NCBI GenBank assembly: GCA_001599295.1
Contig: BCGN01000008.1
Coordinates: forward strand, 62,001 to 126,000
Origin: Sporopachydermia quercuum
Lineage: Eukaryota
Length of the DNA: 64,000 bases
Reading direction: 5' to 3'
Below the pieces are notes generated by a model. It ran no database searches and was not told where the DNA came from. It saw only the letters and a program-made list of their open reading frames with translations. Positions 1 through 11,479 of this stretch are shown here, one piece after another (positions within the stretch are counted from its first letter, which is position 1; every line of letters begins with the position of its first letter). The translations under genes were made by a program, and so were the position numbers.

Positions 1-2405
1 TAGACGACTAGTATTATGGGGAAATAGTGACGGGGGTAGATTAATGCTCTAAGAATGAGAACGCGATAATTCAATAGAATTTACATAATCAGATTAATAG
101 GTAATGATACTTATGACTTCTTGTGAGAGGACATAGTCATAATGATATTATACTATCATTTCTTGTACTGAACGTACAAGAAAATTACTATTCCGAATAT
201 TGGTAAATGATTGCCTTCTTATTTTCTCATCCAATTATCTATATATATTCCCGCCCTTCGAGTAGAAAATTACCAGCGAATAGAAAGGAGCAAGGAGCAG
301 AGTGGAAGGGAGACAAAATAAGCTGAGATAGCTCGAAACTGAAGCCCTTCTAAATTTGAAAATTCCAATTTACCTGATATGTCTTTTATAATGAACCTCT
401 CGTCTGTTCATTATCTGTTTATTAGCAATGGGCGATCCGGCAAAAGGTCAGAGAAGTATGTTTTAGCAACCTAAACACTATAACACTGCACACCTAGAAA
501 GATTGGTATTTCCAGCTATCACTCAAGTATAAACTGTTATTTCTATGGCAGAAATAATGTTCTTTTGTTTCCGTTATTCATACATATAGGACTTCAGAAA
601 TAAATAATGATGAAATCAGGAGAAATGCTCAAAAACTCCTATATGTAATGTCACATGAAACATAGAATCTGATAACACAATCACGTGAATACTATTAATA
701 ATACTGGTTATGTATAATCAGAACTAGATAATTGTCCAAGACATGGGAGAGATAGGACAAGGAAATGGAGTTTACCCGACTCAACAGTGGTAATTCATGT
801 TGCATGTTGATATTAGTGTACATAAAGCTAAAGTAACATATGAAGTCAGCAATGCTTTTCCTTTTTTATCCATTGGAGACCTTTAGTTTCCTGCGCTATC
901 TTCTTGCCAATAACAAGGTAAATAACTATGTTGTCAAGATCGGACAATCCAATTGAGAAATGCTTGTGGACAAATGTCTGAGACTAAGGTTCAATTAGAG
1001 AATTCTTTCCACATTTATATGCATGAACATACATGAATTTCTCAACTTAACCAGGGGAACAATAACGTCCGATAGAACTCTTATGATATAAAGTAAAGTG
1101 TATGAAGAAAAACAAAAATATCTTTCACAACAAACAAAATTTATTACAGTATCGATTGAAATGACTATCTCTGCACAAAAGAAGATTAAAAGCTTTTCTC
1201 ATTCTACATAATCTTTCCTTACCCTTTCTGTTCTAAGTTCTTCCTATTATTACCCGAATCAGCATATCTACGTCTCACTATAGGAGTGCAATTCGAACAA
1301 AACAACTGCCAGAACCAGCCTACCCCTGTGAAAATACTTTGCCATTAACCATAAATCAAGATTTTTATTCAAAGTCATAGGTCAAATCACATCCTAATCT
1401 TTTTCTATCCCACCGTCTAATTATCTTCTCTCTCATTCTTCTTTCCCTTTGTCCCGCTCCTCCTATCCATATATGCACGTTTACGCATAAATCTCTCCAA
1501 CATCCCCTCAAAAGTCCAGATCTTTAACAAATATCTGGCTGAGAATTTAAAGTTCTCACCTATCAATCAAATAAGGTTTTCCCTTTTCCTCGTTCATTTA
1601 TTTTTTGTAGTATATTATTTTGACTTTGTAACAACTATTGCACAGATTCCTGAGTAGAGATATTGTTACAGATTAAAATTTCTTCTTACTTGCCTCACAG
1701 GATCATGTTTATGATCATGATTACGATTATCAACAGATCAAAGAATTTGTTTTTTTATTCTATAAAGTTTACAGAACTACATTTTTCCACAGGCCAATTC
1801 CTTTCAGAAATAGCTAAGTCTTACAGGAATTCTGTCTCAGTTCATAGCCCGTTCATTCATTTAATCAATCAATCATTGTCCCTGTCTGTCATTATACGTT
1901 GTTCGATCGTTGGGATAGTAAGATTATATGATACGACACGCTTCTGATATTTTATCGCGGTAGACAACAGAACACATTGGTTTATTTTAACAAGGACTAG
2001 TAGGAACAAAAGAGATTAGTTCTTTTAGTGTTCCTCTGTTGTGAGACAGTAAGCTGTTACTTGGTAATTCAATGAATCGAGTTAGGTGAAACAGATATTA
2101 TTATCATACACGTATCAAAAAAGAGAAGACCGACAAGAGAAAAACAATAACTAGCAGGATTTTTAGTTTCACTTTATCATATTCATTCATTTTATGAGGA
2201 ATCTTTTCTTCAACGTTCGAAAATACAATTATTGTGTATATTGAATATCAAACGTCAACAACGACTAACCCAACCCCAACGCCGCAACATACACAGTATC
2301 AGCCAGCATAAAGAAGTAGCACACAAGCCTATTCCTTCATATTTGAAACATTTTCAAATACATCAACACTAATATAAGCAGATCATCACAATAAGAATAA
2401 AAAAG

Positions 2406-4805
2406 ATGTCGCAACCTCAGATTGTTGTTGTCACAAAGGATTTCACTCCAAGATTAAGTTACGAACTAGCTTTAAGTCATGGCGATTACATTGAAGTCCT
2501 TTCTTCAGAACAAGAATATACCGATGGTTGGTTTCTTGGTAAAAACCTGTCGAGCGGTCAAACAGGATTATACCCAAAGGCTTTCACTAAACCGTATGCT
2601 CACAGACCCAATAATGGATCCAATTCAAACATTGGCATCTCTTTAAGTCCATCAGCAATTAATAGATCTAATTCAATTATCAGATCCAAATCAACAAGAC
2701 TACATTCCAATCCAGGATCGGCTTATGTTGCAAATCTAGTCAACCAAAACATATCTTCACCAACAATCCACTCACAAACAGGTTTCAGATCATTTTCTGG
2801 ACCTTCCGATCGTCGAAGCAAACAAGAAACCCTTGTCGGAGTTTCATCTACACCGTCTTTAATTCAAAACAATCATCATACTCACAGTAATAATATTATA
2901 GGAACACCAGAGTTGAATAGTCAACCTTCGATCAAGAGAACGCTCACTGATATCGATAGAGTTATTAATGAATTACAACAAAGCTCTCTAAACTCCGGTT
3001 TAGGTTCCGTCGAAGAATCAATGTCGGGATTAGGATCTGAACGAGGATCAGAGTCATCTCCTTCTTCAGAAACTTCATCTATATATGGTACTGATCAGTC
3101 TGCCAAGTCTCCCATGTCCTCTGTATTAGACTGGTCATCCGAACAAGTTGCAGCTTATTTTGAATCAAAAGGTTTCGACTATGAAGTGTATGGTAAATTT
3201 ATCCAACATAGGATCACCGGTAGAATTCTTTTAGAACTTGAATTGAGCTATCTAAAAGAACTAGATATCATGTCTTTTGGCACAAGGTTTGAAATTTTTA
3301 AAGAAATTGAATTTTTACGCTCATCATTTGAAAGGTATTCTATGATGCCAAACAATTATGATAATTCCAACGAGAGACATCACAATTATACCAATACCAG
3401 TGGTAATCGTAATAGTATCCACACGGATTTTAATACTACTGTTTCTTCGGATAGAGGATCAAGGACAACAACACCTTTAATGAAAGGTCATACGAGGCAA
3501 AGATCTCAATCTTTAGACGATGTTAACGCTCCTGGAAACCTATTCTCTTCACCATCAGTACACTCAAATAGAACGTCCTCTAACAGAGATTCCACTGGTA
3601 CTGGAGGTTCTATTTATCTACCCGTGAGAGAATCCATGAATTCTATCCCAAGCTATACTGTCACTCCTAATATGGGTCAAGTATCCTCATTTACCACAGA
3701 TTCTCCTAATGGTGATAATAATAAAGAACCAGAAATTCCTCTAAGAGAAAGAAGGATAGAGTCACATACCGGAGAGTCTCAAGCAGTAGATGCATCACAA
3801 ATGAGTTTTGACTCTGAAGCAGCTAGCAGTTTGCGTACCGATGATAATTCGAGTACTACTAATACTAGCATAACAACGAATCCTCATCATAAAATTTCAG
3901 TCGGCGAACCTACAACATCTTCATCGTTATCATCACCTTCTTCTCCTTCATTAAGCGGTATGAAATATACATCTTTGTTAGGTTCTTTAGGTTCCTCAAC
4001 ACCAACAACACCAAGTACTCCTACGTCACCTGGCTTCCGTAATATCAACAACAATAACAATAACCATAATCAAAAGACCAACGTTGTCACACCTGGGAAA
4101 GAAGTTTCAGTTGCTGGTGATCCTAATATTTATCCTAAATCATCAGCTACCGGAACTTCGAGTTCCAGTGGTACACCTTCTCAATTAAAACGATCAAAAT
4201 CTACCCTTCTAGGTCTCAATAAATCTAAAACTATTACTGCTTATACAGAAGGATTGAGGCAAATTACTCCCCAAGAAGCTTCTAACACTGCTATTGTTTC
4301 CGGTTGGATGTGGAAACGTGGTAATAAGCTATCTCCATGGAAATCACGTTATTTTACTCTACATGGGACTAGATTAGCATATTTCAGATCAGAAAAAGAT
4401 CATAACGAGAAAGGTCTCATTGATATCACGGCTCACAGAGTATTACCGGCCAATATTGATCATGAGGATAAATTGATTTCTATGTATGCAGCTTCAATGG
4501 GATATGGAAGATATTGTTTCAAAATAGTCCCTCCAGCACCCGGTAGTAAAAAAGCTCTTACTTTTACTATGCCAAAGGTTCATTATTTTGTTGTGGAGAC
4601 AAGAGAAGAAATGAGAAAATGGATGGCAGCTATGATGAAAGCGTCTATTGATTTGGATTTTTCTATTCCTGTTGTTAGTTCATGTGCTACTGAAACCGTT
4701 TCTTTAGCTAGGGCGCAAGAAATGATGAAAGAGAAGAAAGCTGCGATGCTTGAACGTCAAAAGGCTTTACAAGAAGCTCATCAACAAGAGTCAGATGCTA
4801 TTTGA
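2406..4805 (+). CDS. BOI2: Boi1/Boi2 polarity protein (SH3-SAM-PH)
   Basis: N-terminal SH3 (ELALSHGDYIEV...DGWFLG...GLYPKAF), SAM (WSSEQVAAYF...HRITGRILLELELSYLKELDIMSFGTRFEIFKEI) and C-terminal PH (SGWMWKRG...WKSRYFTLHGTRLAYF...YCFKIVPPAPGSKK). Next to CDC27 and TMN3. Probably the single ortholog of BOI1/BOI2. Confidence 0.93.
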   Translation: MSQPQIVVVTKDFTPRLSYELALSHGDYIEVLSSEQEYTDGWFLGKNLSSGQTGLYPKAFTKPYAHRPNNGSNSNIGISLSPSAINRSNSIIRSKSTRLHSNPGSAYVANLVNQNISSPTIHSQTGFRSFSGPSDRRSKQETLVGVSSTPSLIQNNHHTHSNNIIGTPELNSQPSIKRTLTDIDRVINELQQSSLNSGLGSVEESMSGLGSERGSESSPSSETSSIYGTDQSAKSPMSSVLDWSSEQVAAYFESKGFDYEVYGKFIQHRITGRILLELELSYLKELDIMSFGTRFEIFKEIEFLRSSFERYSMMPNNYDNSNERHHNYTNTSGNRNSIHTDFNTTVSSDRGSRTTTPLMKGHTRQRSQSLDDVNAPGNLFSSPSVHSNRTSSNRDSTGTGGSIYLPVRESMNSIPSYTVTPNMGQVSSFTTDSPNGDNNKEPEIPLRERRIESHTGESQAVDASQMSFDSEAASSLRTDDNSSTTNTSITTNPHHKISVGEPTTSSSLSSPSSPSLSGMKYTSLLGSLGSSTPTTPSTPTSPGFRNINNNNNNHNQKTNVVTPGKEVSVAGDPNIYPKSSATGTSSSSGTPSQLKRSKSTLLGLNKSKTITAYTEGLRQITPQEASNTAIVSGWMWKRGNKLSPWKSRYFTLHGTRLAYFRSEKDHNEKGLIDITAHRVLPANIDHEDKLISMYAASMGYGRYCFKIVPPAPGSKKALTFTMPKVHYFVVETREEMRKWMAAMMKASIDLDFSIPVVSSCATETVSLARAQEMMKEKKAAMLERQKALQEAHQQESDAI

Positions 4806-5813
4806 TTATTGCTTGGTGATTTGATTTAACTATAAGTTTGAGAAGTGGATTCCGTTATATTGTACTAGCGAATGCTAGTATTACTTGCAAACATGTTTCA
4901 CTGGTAGTATCAGGTAATAAAGAGTGAAGTACTTGTATAATAATAGTTTTAATTTGTAATTATAATGACAATTTGCTGTATTATGTTAGTTATTTCAGTG
5001 TACTTGAGAACTCAATTGCGTAGTTATATACAATATATGCAAAAACCATAGTATTATACGTCATTATATTAGACGATTCAATACATTCTACTGTGGTAGC
5101 TATGAACTGAGTAGTAAAGTAAAGTAGTAAATATGAGGAAAGAAACCTGCAGATTCTACTTTACTGTTAAATTGAATTGTATATTATATGTAGATGTAAT
5201 ATGTAACCCGTAAAACATGTTATACTATACAGTGCGACCAGCTACGTTTTCATATGGTTCGACTAGAGCACTATACCAGCTACCAGAATATGGTACTATA
5301 TTTTTCTATTTCTATTCATAAACTGAGCTATCGAATTGGATCAGATTGAATCGAAGAACTGGATTATTGCGTCAATGGACAAATGATTAACGGGTAATAC
5401 GAACGCCGATAGTAAGAACATTCATCATAAACAACTCAATATTACCTAGGAATACTAGTCATTTGCTACTAGTAAACGGTTCTTCTGCTAGTAAGGAGCT
5501 TTCATTAATTCATTCATGTTGGCGTTATTGCTACTGAATAATCCTAAGCGCAATGGCTCAACTTTCAAGAGTGTTCGCCGGTATTCATGGTAATGGTCAA
5601 TAATAATACAGTACTAATGATACAAGCGTGTTTCCTAATCTAACAAACACCACAATATATTTTGCTTTCATTCTTTTCTTATTTAGAGGCACGAAATAAG
5701 ATCAAGCAAAAAAGAAAAATCCAAGATATACAATGTACATTGTACAATAATCAGAATAAGCGTTGACCATATAAACATATAATATCATGTGTTCACATAC
5801 ATGGTATATCATA

Positions 5814-7907
5814 TCACTTCATTTCATTATCATCATCGTCATCATTACTTTCCATTGCCTCCTTAATCAAATGTGCACCTTTAGGATCTAAATTCAAAGC
5901 AATAGTGAACTGTCTGACTGCTCTATCATTATCTCCCATACTTTTATATAACTGCCCCAATAAGAAATGAACACTGGCTTCATCAGGCGCCAGTAATTCT
6001 AATTTTTCAAATTCCCGTAAAGCTTCTTCATATCTTTCTAGAGATATAAGTAGATGTGCTCTCTTGAACATTGATAATGCTGATGATGGTTGTAATTTAC
6101 ATGCTATGTTATACTGATCTAAAGCTTCATGTTTCTTATCGACCTTTTCCAATACCATGCCAATACAGCATATTAGCACTACATTAATAGGATTGATACT
6201 GTTTGATCTTCGGAAATAAAACTCTGCTCTTGAATAATCATTCAGCTTTAGATAAACCATACCAATACCATACAAAGCATTATAATGTCTTCTATCAATT
6301 GTAAGTGCCGTTCTAAACGAATCTAGAGCATTTTCATAAGCATCATTAGCAACATGTTCATGTCCTTGTAAAGTATAAGCATATGCAAATGTATCATCTA
6401 ACTCCGTCGCCTTATGGAAAGCCTTTAGTGCATCATCAGTTTCCTTTTGTAGAGAAAAAGAATTACCAATAGCAACCCAAGTCTGAGGAGCGTTTTTATC
6501 AACTTCTGCTAATTCATGAGCCAGGAATGATAACTCTGTTTCTTTACGAAGATGCCATAATAAGGTAGAATAATACTCCATATCTTCAATTCTTGTCCTA
6601 TCGATTTCGTGTAAACGAGCAAACGTTTTTTCACCTTCTGCATAGTTGACTATTTCAAAATATAGTCGTCCTATTTTACTGAGAACCCATGGTGTATCTT
6701 TCTGGTTTGTCGGAAGATCGTTAAATAGTTTCAGAGCGGCATAACAGTCAAACTGGCATAATTGTCTGAATCCTCTTGCTAATTGCCTGTACAGGGCATT
6801 AAGAAATGTTACGGCTTGTTCCTTCTGACTGAGGTCTTTGGATGAACTATTCCTAGTGGTTGCAGTGGAATTAGGATTGTTGTTGCTGGCGTTGCTATTT
6901 ATACCAGATGCAGTGCTACTTGGTACTAAATCTACCGCAGGGAACATATCATGCTGAGGTTGATGGGTGAGTCTTGAGATCACTTTGGCAGTTGTGCTTC
7001 TATTAGTATTGGTCAAAGGAGTTGATAATAGCTGCGAGGAATTTGAAGTTTGTCTTAGATTTCTGCGCGCTGGAGCTCCTTCAGGTAGTATAGTTTGCTT
7101 AGGCTTTGGAGTAGCAAATGAATCATTTTGACTGTCTAAAATACCAAAAAATGTTTCTGATTTCCCAGTAGAAAATTTGGGACCAGTAGATGTATTTAAA
7201 GAGTTGCTACTAGTATTTTTTGCTGCACCAATATTATTCCTACTACTCGATCCAAATACGGGGTTAGGAACAGATCCTATTCCAGATCCTGTTCCGTAGT
7301 CAAACGGGTCATGTGAAAGACTATCACCAGTACGAGTATCTTTGTAGATCGATTTCACTTTAACATGAACACCTAGTCGACAGAGATTCTCAAAGGCTTC
7401 CCAAATATAGGGATTTAGTTTCAAAGCTGATGTGTAACAAACAGTAGCATCTTTAACGTTGCCTACTGCTTGATAGAGTTTACCTAGTAAGCAGTAAAAA
7501 GAAGCAGCATCAGGTATCACGCAACGGACATACTGATAATTAACAGATAAATTAGCATCATTGATGTTAGTCGAGATGTTTATATCTTTCCAGCTTTTGG
7601 AGCAGTTTATGATTGCTCTAATCCCTTCAACCTCCAGCCTTAGTTTTAAACAACATTGACCAAATACAAATGCACATCCTAAATGGGATAAGTTTGCTGA
7701 AGCATTGAATGCTGATTTATATCTTCCAACATGATATAGAGCAAGAGCATAAATATGTTTCGAGTCAGGGGAAGAGTCAACTGCTAGCAATCTTTCTGCC
7801 GTAAATAATGCTGTAGAATACTGTTGATTGTCTAGTGAATAATAGAAATATGACCTTAATCTTTGCACCACATAATCTTGGGTAGTATTATTGATCTGCG
7901 ACATCAT
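5814..7907 (-). CDS. CDC27: APC/C subunit Cdc27 (Apc3), TPR protein
   Basis: N-terminal TPR (TALFTAERLLA), low-complexity linker, and C-terminal TPR array with MEYYSTLLWHL, PQTWVAIGNSFSLQ, YAYTLQGHE, RHYNALYGIG, PDEASVHFLLG, ALNLDPKG. Confidence 0.95.
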   Translation of the reverse strand: MMSQINNTTQDYVVQRLRSYFYYSLDNQQYSTALFTAERLLAVDSSPDSKHIYALALYHVGRYKSAFNASANLSHLGCAFVFGQCCLKLRLEVEGIRAIINCSKSWKDINISTNINDANLSVNYQYVRCVIPDAASFYCLLGKLYQAVGNVKDATVCYTSALKLNPYIWEAFENLCRLGVHVKVKSIYKDTRTGDSLSHDPFDYGTGSGIGSVPNPVFGSSSRNNIGAAKNTSSNSLNTSTGPKFSTGKSETFFGILDSQNDSFATPKPKQTILPEGAPARRNLRQTSNSSQLLSTPLTNTNRSTTAKVISRLTHQPQHDMFPAVDLVPSSTASGINSNASNNNPNSTATTRNSSSKDLSQKEQAVTFLNALYRQLARGFRQLCQFDCYAALKLFNDLPTNQKDTPWVLSKIGRLYFEIVNYAEGEKTFARLHEIDRTRIEDMEYYSTLLWHLRKETELSFLAHELAEVDKNAPQTWVAIGNSFSLQKETDDALKAFHKATELDDTFAYAYTLQGHEHVANDAYENALDSFRTALTIDRRHYNALYGIGMVYLKLNDYSRAEFYFRRSNSINPINVVLICCIGMVLEKVDKKHEALDQYNIACKLQPSSALSMFKRAHLLISLERYEEALREFEKLELLAPDEASVHFLLGQLYKSMGDNDRAVRQFTIALNLDPKGAHLIKEAMESNDDDDDNEMK

Positions 7908-8582
7908 GATGAAAAGAAATTCATGGATATAATTGACTTAGAAGTCAAGTACAAAAAGAATGTAGCTTTCAAGATCCTTTGCGTTGGTTCTATGTTTCTG
8001 AATATCACGATACGAAGATTTAGTCCGGAGAATCTTGGTTGTTAACTGATATTGAATGGATATGTTTTTGCTGAGTAGTTAGAGTATGACAAGGTGAACA
8101 GTTTGTGTATAGGACAGTTATTGCCTTAAGCTATCTTGAGAATAACGTAGCTAAAATATATCTTTCACCAAGGAATTGGACAATTTACTAGCAGATAGCA
8201 GATAACAAGTTGACAAGAAGAACACTTTCATTGGCAACAAAGTGAAGATAGCAGTTGATCTAATAGCAATAATGTGATTGTATTGTATGTATGTTTGATG
8301 AGTTTTGTTTGTTTACTGTTCGTTTTTGATTACTTAATAAGAAATTCATGCTGGGGAGGAGAAGATGGATGAATATTATTTCCGGAAATTGTATCATATT
8401 CATTTTTTACATTCATTTTAGCAGCGCGACAAAGGTGGAATTCATAGAAGCACGAGAAATATCTCAAATTGGAGTAATTAGTGATCTTAGGACAATCAGC
8501 AGTAACCGAATTCCTCAAAATTTCTAAATATTGTTGCTGTATACTTGGTTGAATGTAGACTATTCAGCTATTGGAAAAATCC

Positions 8583-8592
8583 ATCACGTGAC
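8583..8592. promoter_or_regulatory. Cbf1-type E-box (ATCACGTGAC) in the CDC27/TMN3 divergent promoter
   Basis: Exact RTCACGTG match. Function is inferred. Confidence 0.35.
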
Positions 8593-9037
8593 AAACAAAT
8601 CCTTGTTACTCATTTTTCTCAAAGACCCTCGCATCTCTCTTCACAACACCATTAAAAACGGTTAGCTTTACATCTTTGCAAACTAAACATTATCAACTTA
8701 ATCAAACAACAAGAATGCGCCATAAACGATGTATTTCAACGTGTCGAAACTATCACTGGTTGAAACAAATACATCAGAGTATCTTCAATGAGTATACTTT
8801 CTGAATCTCATCTCAGAGTCCAAGTCAAAACTTAGAAACATAACAAAGTGTTGCATGTACCATGCTACGAGTAGTTTCTCAATATAGTTAAAAGAGAGAT
8901 AAAAGTGCCAACATAATTAAGAAAGCTAATTCAATAGCCATATACGGTTTAATTGGAAAGTATAAACTAGATTATTTGAACTGAACACGAAACAAAGGAA
9001 CTGAGTTTTTGTTCTACTTGATAATCAACTCTGACTA

Positions 9038-11014
9038 ATGGGTCTTTTAAAGTCATGTTCCATTAGCCTAATAGTGGCTCTATGGCTACTGATTCTAACN
9101 CCAGTTGCAAATGCTTTCTATATACCAGGCATTACCTCAAACAAATTTGCCGAGGGTGAAAGAGTTCCACTTTATGTGAACAATATCGAATCAGATTCTA
9201 ATCAACTACCATATTCTTATCACTCTCTGCCATTTGTATGCAGTATAGGTCCAGAAAATGAAAGAGTACGATTGAACCTAGGAGAAGTGCTGAGAGGAGA
9301 TCGAATATACCAGTCTGATTATATACTAAAGATGAAAGAAGATATGAAATGCAGTAAATTGTGTGTCAAATCAGTAATGAAACCTCATGTTGCATTATTA
9401 GTGGAAACTATCAAATCTGGTTATATTGCTGAATGGATTGTTGATAACTTACCAGGAGCTACAGTATTTGTTTCTCCAGAGCACGATAGAAAATATTATG
9501 CAGCAGGATTTCCATTAGGTTATGTTGAAGACAATGTTGCATATATAAATAATCATGTGAATATAATAATAAGATATCAACAAGCCGATAAGATCAAGAA
9601 GAATTATAATATTGTTGGTTTTGAAGTATATCCAATGTCATCTAAGACGGACAACTGTCCTTCAAGTACAGGGAAGCATGGAAATAGCAATGCATTAGCA
9701 GTGAAGCCTGATTCAATTTCTGATGGAGAGACTTTGGATATCCCTTACACTTACTCAGTTTACTGGAGAGAGGAAACTTCTGTTTCTTGGTCAAATAGAT
9801 GGGATCTGTACTTCTCTCAAAGTGATCTCCATTCTCATATTCATTGGATAGCTATAGTCAATTCTGTAGTTATAGTTATTGTTTTTTCAATGGTTGTAGG
9901 TATTGTCTTAATCAGGACTCTCAGTCGTGATATCAAAACCTTTAATGATTCAATGAATCAACATTTAGCAGATATTCCGTCTGATGAAACAGAACCTGAT
10001 AGGCTGNCTGATGTAGCTGCTTCTGGATGGAAACTATTATCAAAAGAAGTGTTCAGAGCTCCTCGTTATATAGCATGTTTATCTGCTTTGATTGGTTCTG
10101 GTGCTCAATTATCACTAGTCACTGGGTCAACGGTAACTTTAGCTTGTATTGGTATTTTAAATCCTAGCTATCGTGGAGGATTAGTGACTTTTGCTTGTTT
10201 TGCTTATGCGTTTTCAGGTTTTGCCGCAGGTTTTGTCGGAACAAAAGTGTATAAGCTAATGGGGGGAACCCGATGGATATACTGTACTATTTTAACCAGC
10301 GGACTACTACCAGCAATTAGCTTAGCGGTGATACTAACTTTGAATTTATTTGTGTGGGCTGAAGAGTCTTCTTCGGCACTTCCGTTTGGTACGATTCTAG
10401 CTATGTTTGCTATCTGGTTGTTGATATCAGCTCCATTAACACTTCTGGGAAGTCGTTTTGGTTTCAATCGTCATTTGAGCATCATTGAAGGTAAACAAGG
10501 ATCATATCCTCCAGTAAGGCCTAGCAGAATACCAAGATTGATACCAAAAACTAGTTTGGGCATGTTTTTACACCCATCACTATCAGTATGGCTATGTGGA
10601 GGACCGCCATTTGGTATTGTATTTGTCGAGCTATTATCAATATTTCAAAGTATGTGGCAAGAGAAGAGCTCCTTTTATTATTTATATGGATTTTTAGCCT
10701 TGACACTTGGTCTCTTGGTGATTGTAGTGATAGAAACTTCAATCATATACACATATATCTTATTATCCAATGAGGATTATCGTTGGCAATGGCGATCTTT
10801 TGCTGCTAGCACTGGGTTAGCATGGTGGATATTTGTTTATTCTATTTATTACTTCCATGCTAAACTGAATGTTGATGGGATTGTTTCCGTATTGATGTAT
10901 TTTGGTTATTCAGGAATTCTTTGCTTTGGTGTTGGATTGTTCTGTGGGAGCTTAGGATTTTTAGCGGCTTGGATTTTCGTCACTAGAATATATTCTGCTA
11001 TTAAGATTGACTAA
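9038..11014 (+). CDS. TMN3: Nonaspanin / TM9SF (EMP70 family) protein
   Basis: Signal peptide then AFYIPG, LNLGEVLRGDRI, WIVDNLPG, IHWIAIVNS, GWKL...VFRAP, EDYRWQWRSF, multiple TM segments, C-terminal IYSAIKID. Lies between BOI and LSM4 as TMN3 does in S. cerevisiae. Confidence 0.9.
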   Translation: MGLLKSCSISLIVALWLLILXPVANAFYIPGITSNKFAEGERVPLYVNNIESDSNQLPYSYHSLPFVCSIGPENERVRLNLGEVLRGDRIYQSDYILKMKEDMKCSKLCVKSVMKPHVALLVETIKSGYIAEWIVDNLPGATVFVSPEHDRKYYAAGFPLGYVEDNVAYINNHVNIIIRYQQADKIKKNYNIVGFEVYPMSSKTDNCPSSTGKHGNSNALAVKPDSISDGETLDIPYTYSVYWREETSVSWSNRWDLYFSQSDLHSHIHWIAIVNSVVIVIVFSMVVGIVLIRTLSRDIKTFNDSMNQHLADIPSDETEPDRLXDVAASGWKLLSKEVFRAPRYIACLSALIGSGAQLSLVTGSTVTLACIGILNPSYRGGLVTFACFAYAFSGFAAGFVGTKVYKLMGGTRWIYCTILTSGLLPAISLAVILTLNLFVWAEESSSALPFGTILAMFAIWLLISAPLTLLGSRFGFNRHLSIIEGKQGSYPPVRPSRIPRLIPKTSLGMFLHPSLSVWLCGGPPFGIVFVELLSIFQSMWQEKSSFYYLYGFLALTLGLLVIVVIETSIIYTYILLSNEDYRWQWRSFAASTGLAWWIFVYSIYYFHAKLNVDGIVSVLMYFGYSGILCFGVGLFCGSLGFLAAWIFVTRIYSAIKID

Positions 11015-11479
11015 TTGAAAGGTTAATGAACTATGTGACATATGTAAATCTGCCGAAAGTATTCATTTTTAAGTAGATACTTTTGAATTGCTGTGATAAT
11101 ATAGAATTTGTCTGATGAATTATATGTACAATAAAGAGTAAATATATTTGAGTGAGAATTGAATATATTATACGATAGATTAACAGGATATGCAGCAAGT
11201 AAAATACAAAATAATCATAGTGAAGGAGAGATTTCATTATGATTGATGATGACCGTTCATCTCTTTACTGTGGTGATAGTGTGGCATATAATGCAAGCAA
11301 TCATAACATAACAGAGGGAAAAAACAAGGTAGGGTAGAATTTGATATATTGATAACAAGCATAAGCAACCTATCACTGGTATGCTTGCTGTAGGACGGTG
11401 ATTAATATTTTGTCGAATACAATGAATCAGCGACTCGCGCAATATAATATCCAAAAATAGGTTGAATATTAATATCAAC

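Noticed and set aside
650..790. CDEI-like motifs (GTCACATG at 650, ATCACGTG at 680) followed by CCGA near 777: possible point centromere
   Set aside because: The spacer is not very AT-rich and there is no CDEIII consensus. More likely ordinary E-boxes.
1663..1947. 94-aa ORF upstream of BOI, and similar intergenic ORFs at 8330, 14248, 19742, 29392, 50963 and 51568
   Set aside because: Mostly non-ATG starts, composition typical of AT-rich non-coding DNA, and no motifs.
5250..5275. GGTTCGA T-loop-like words (here and near 47164)
   Set aside because: No tRNA cloverleaf or matching stems around them.
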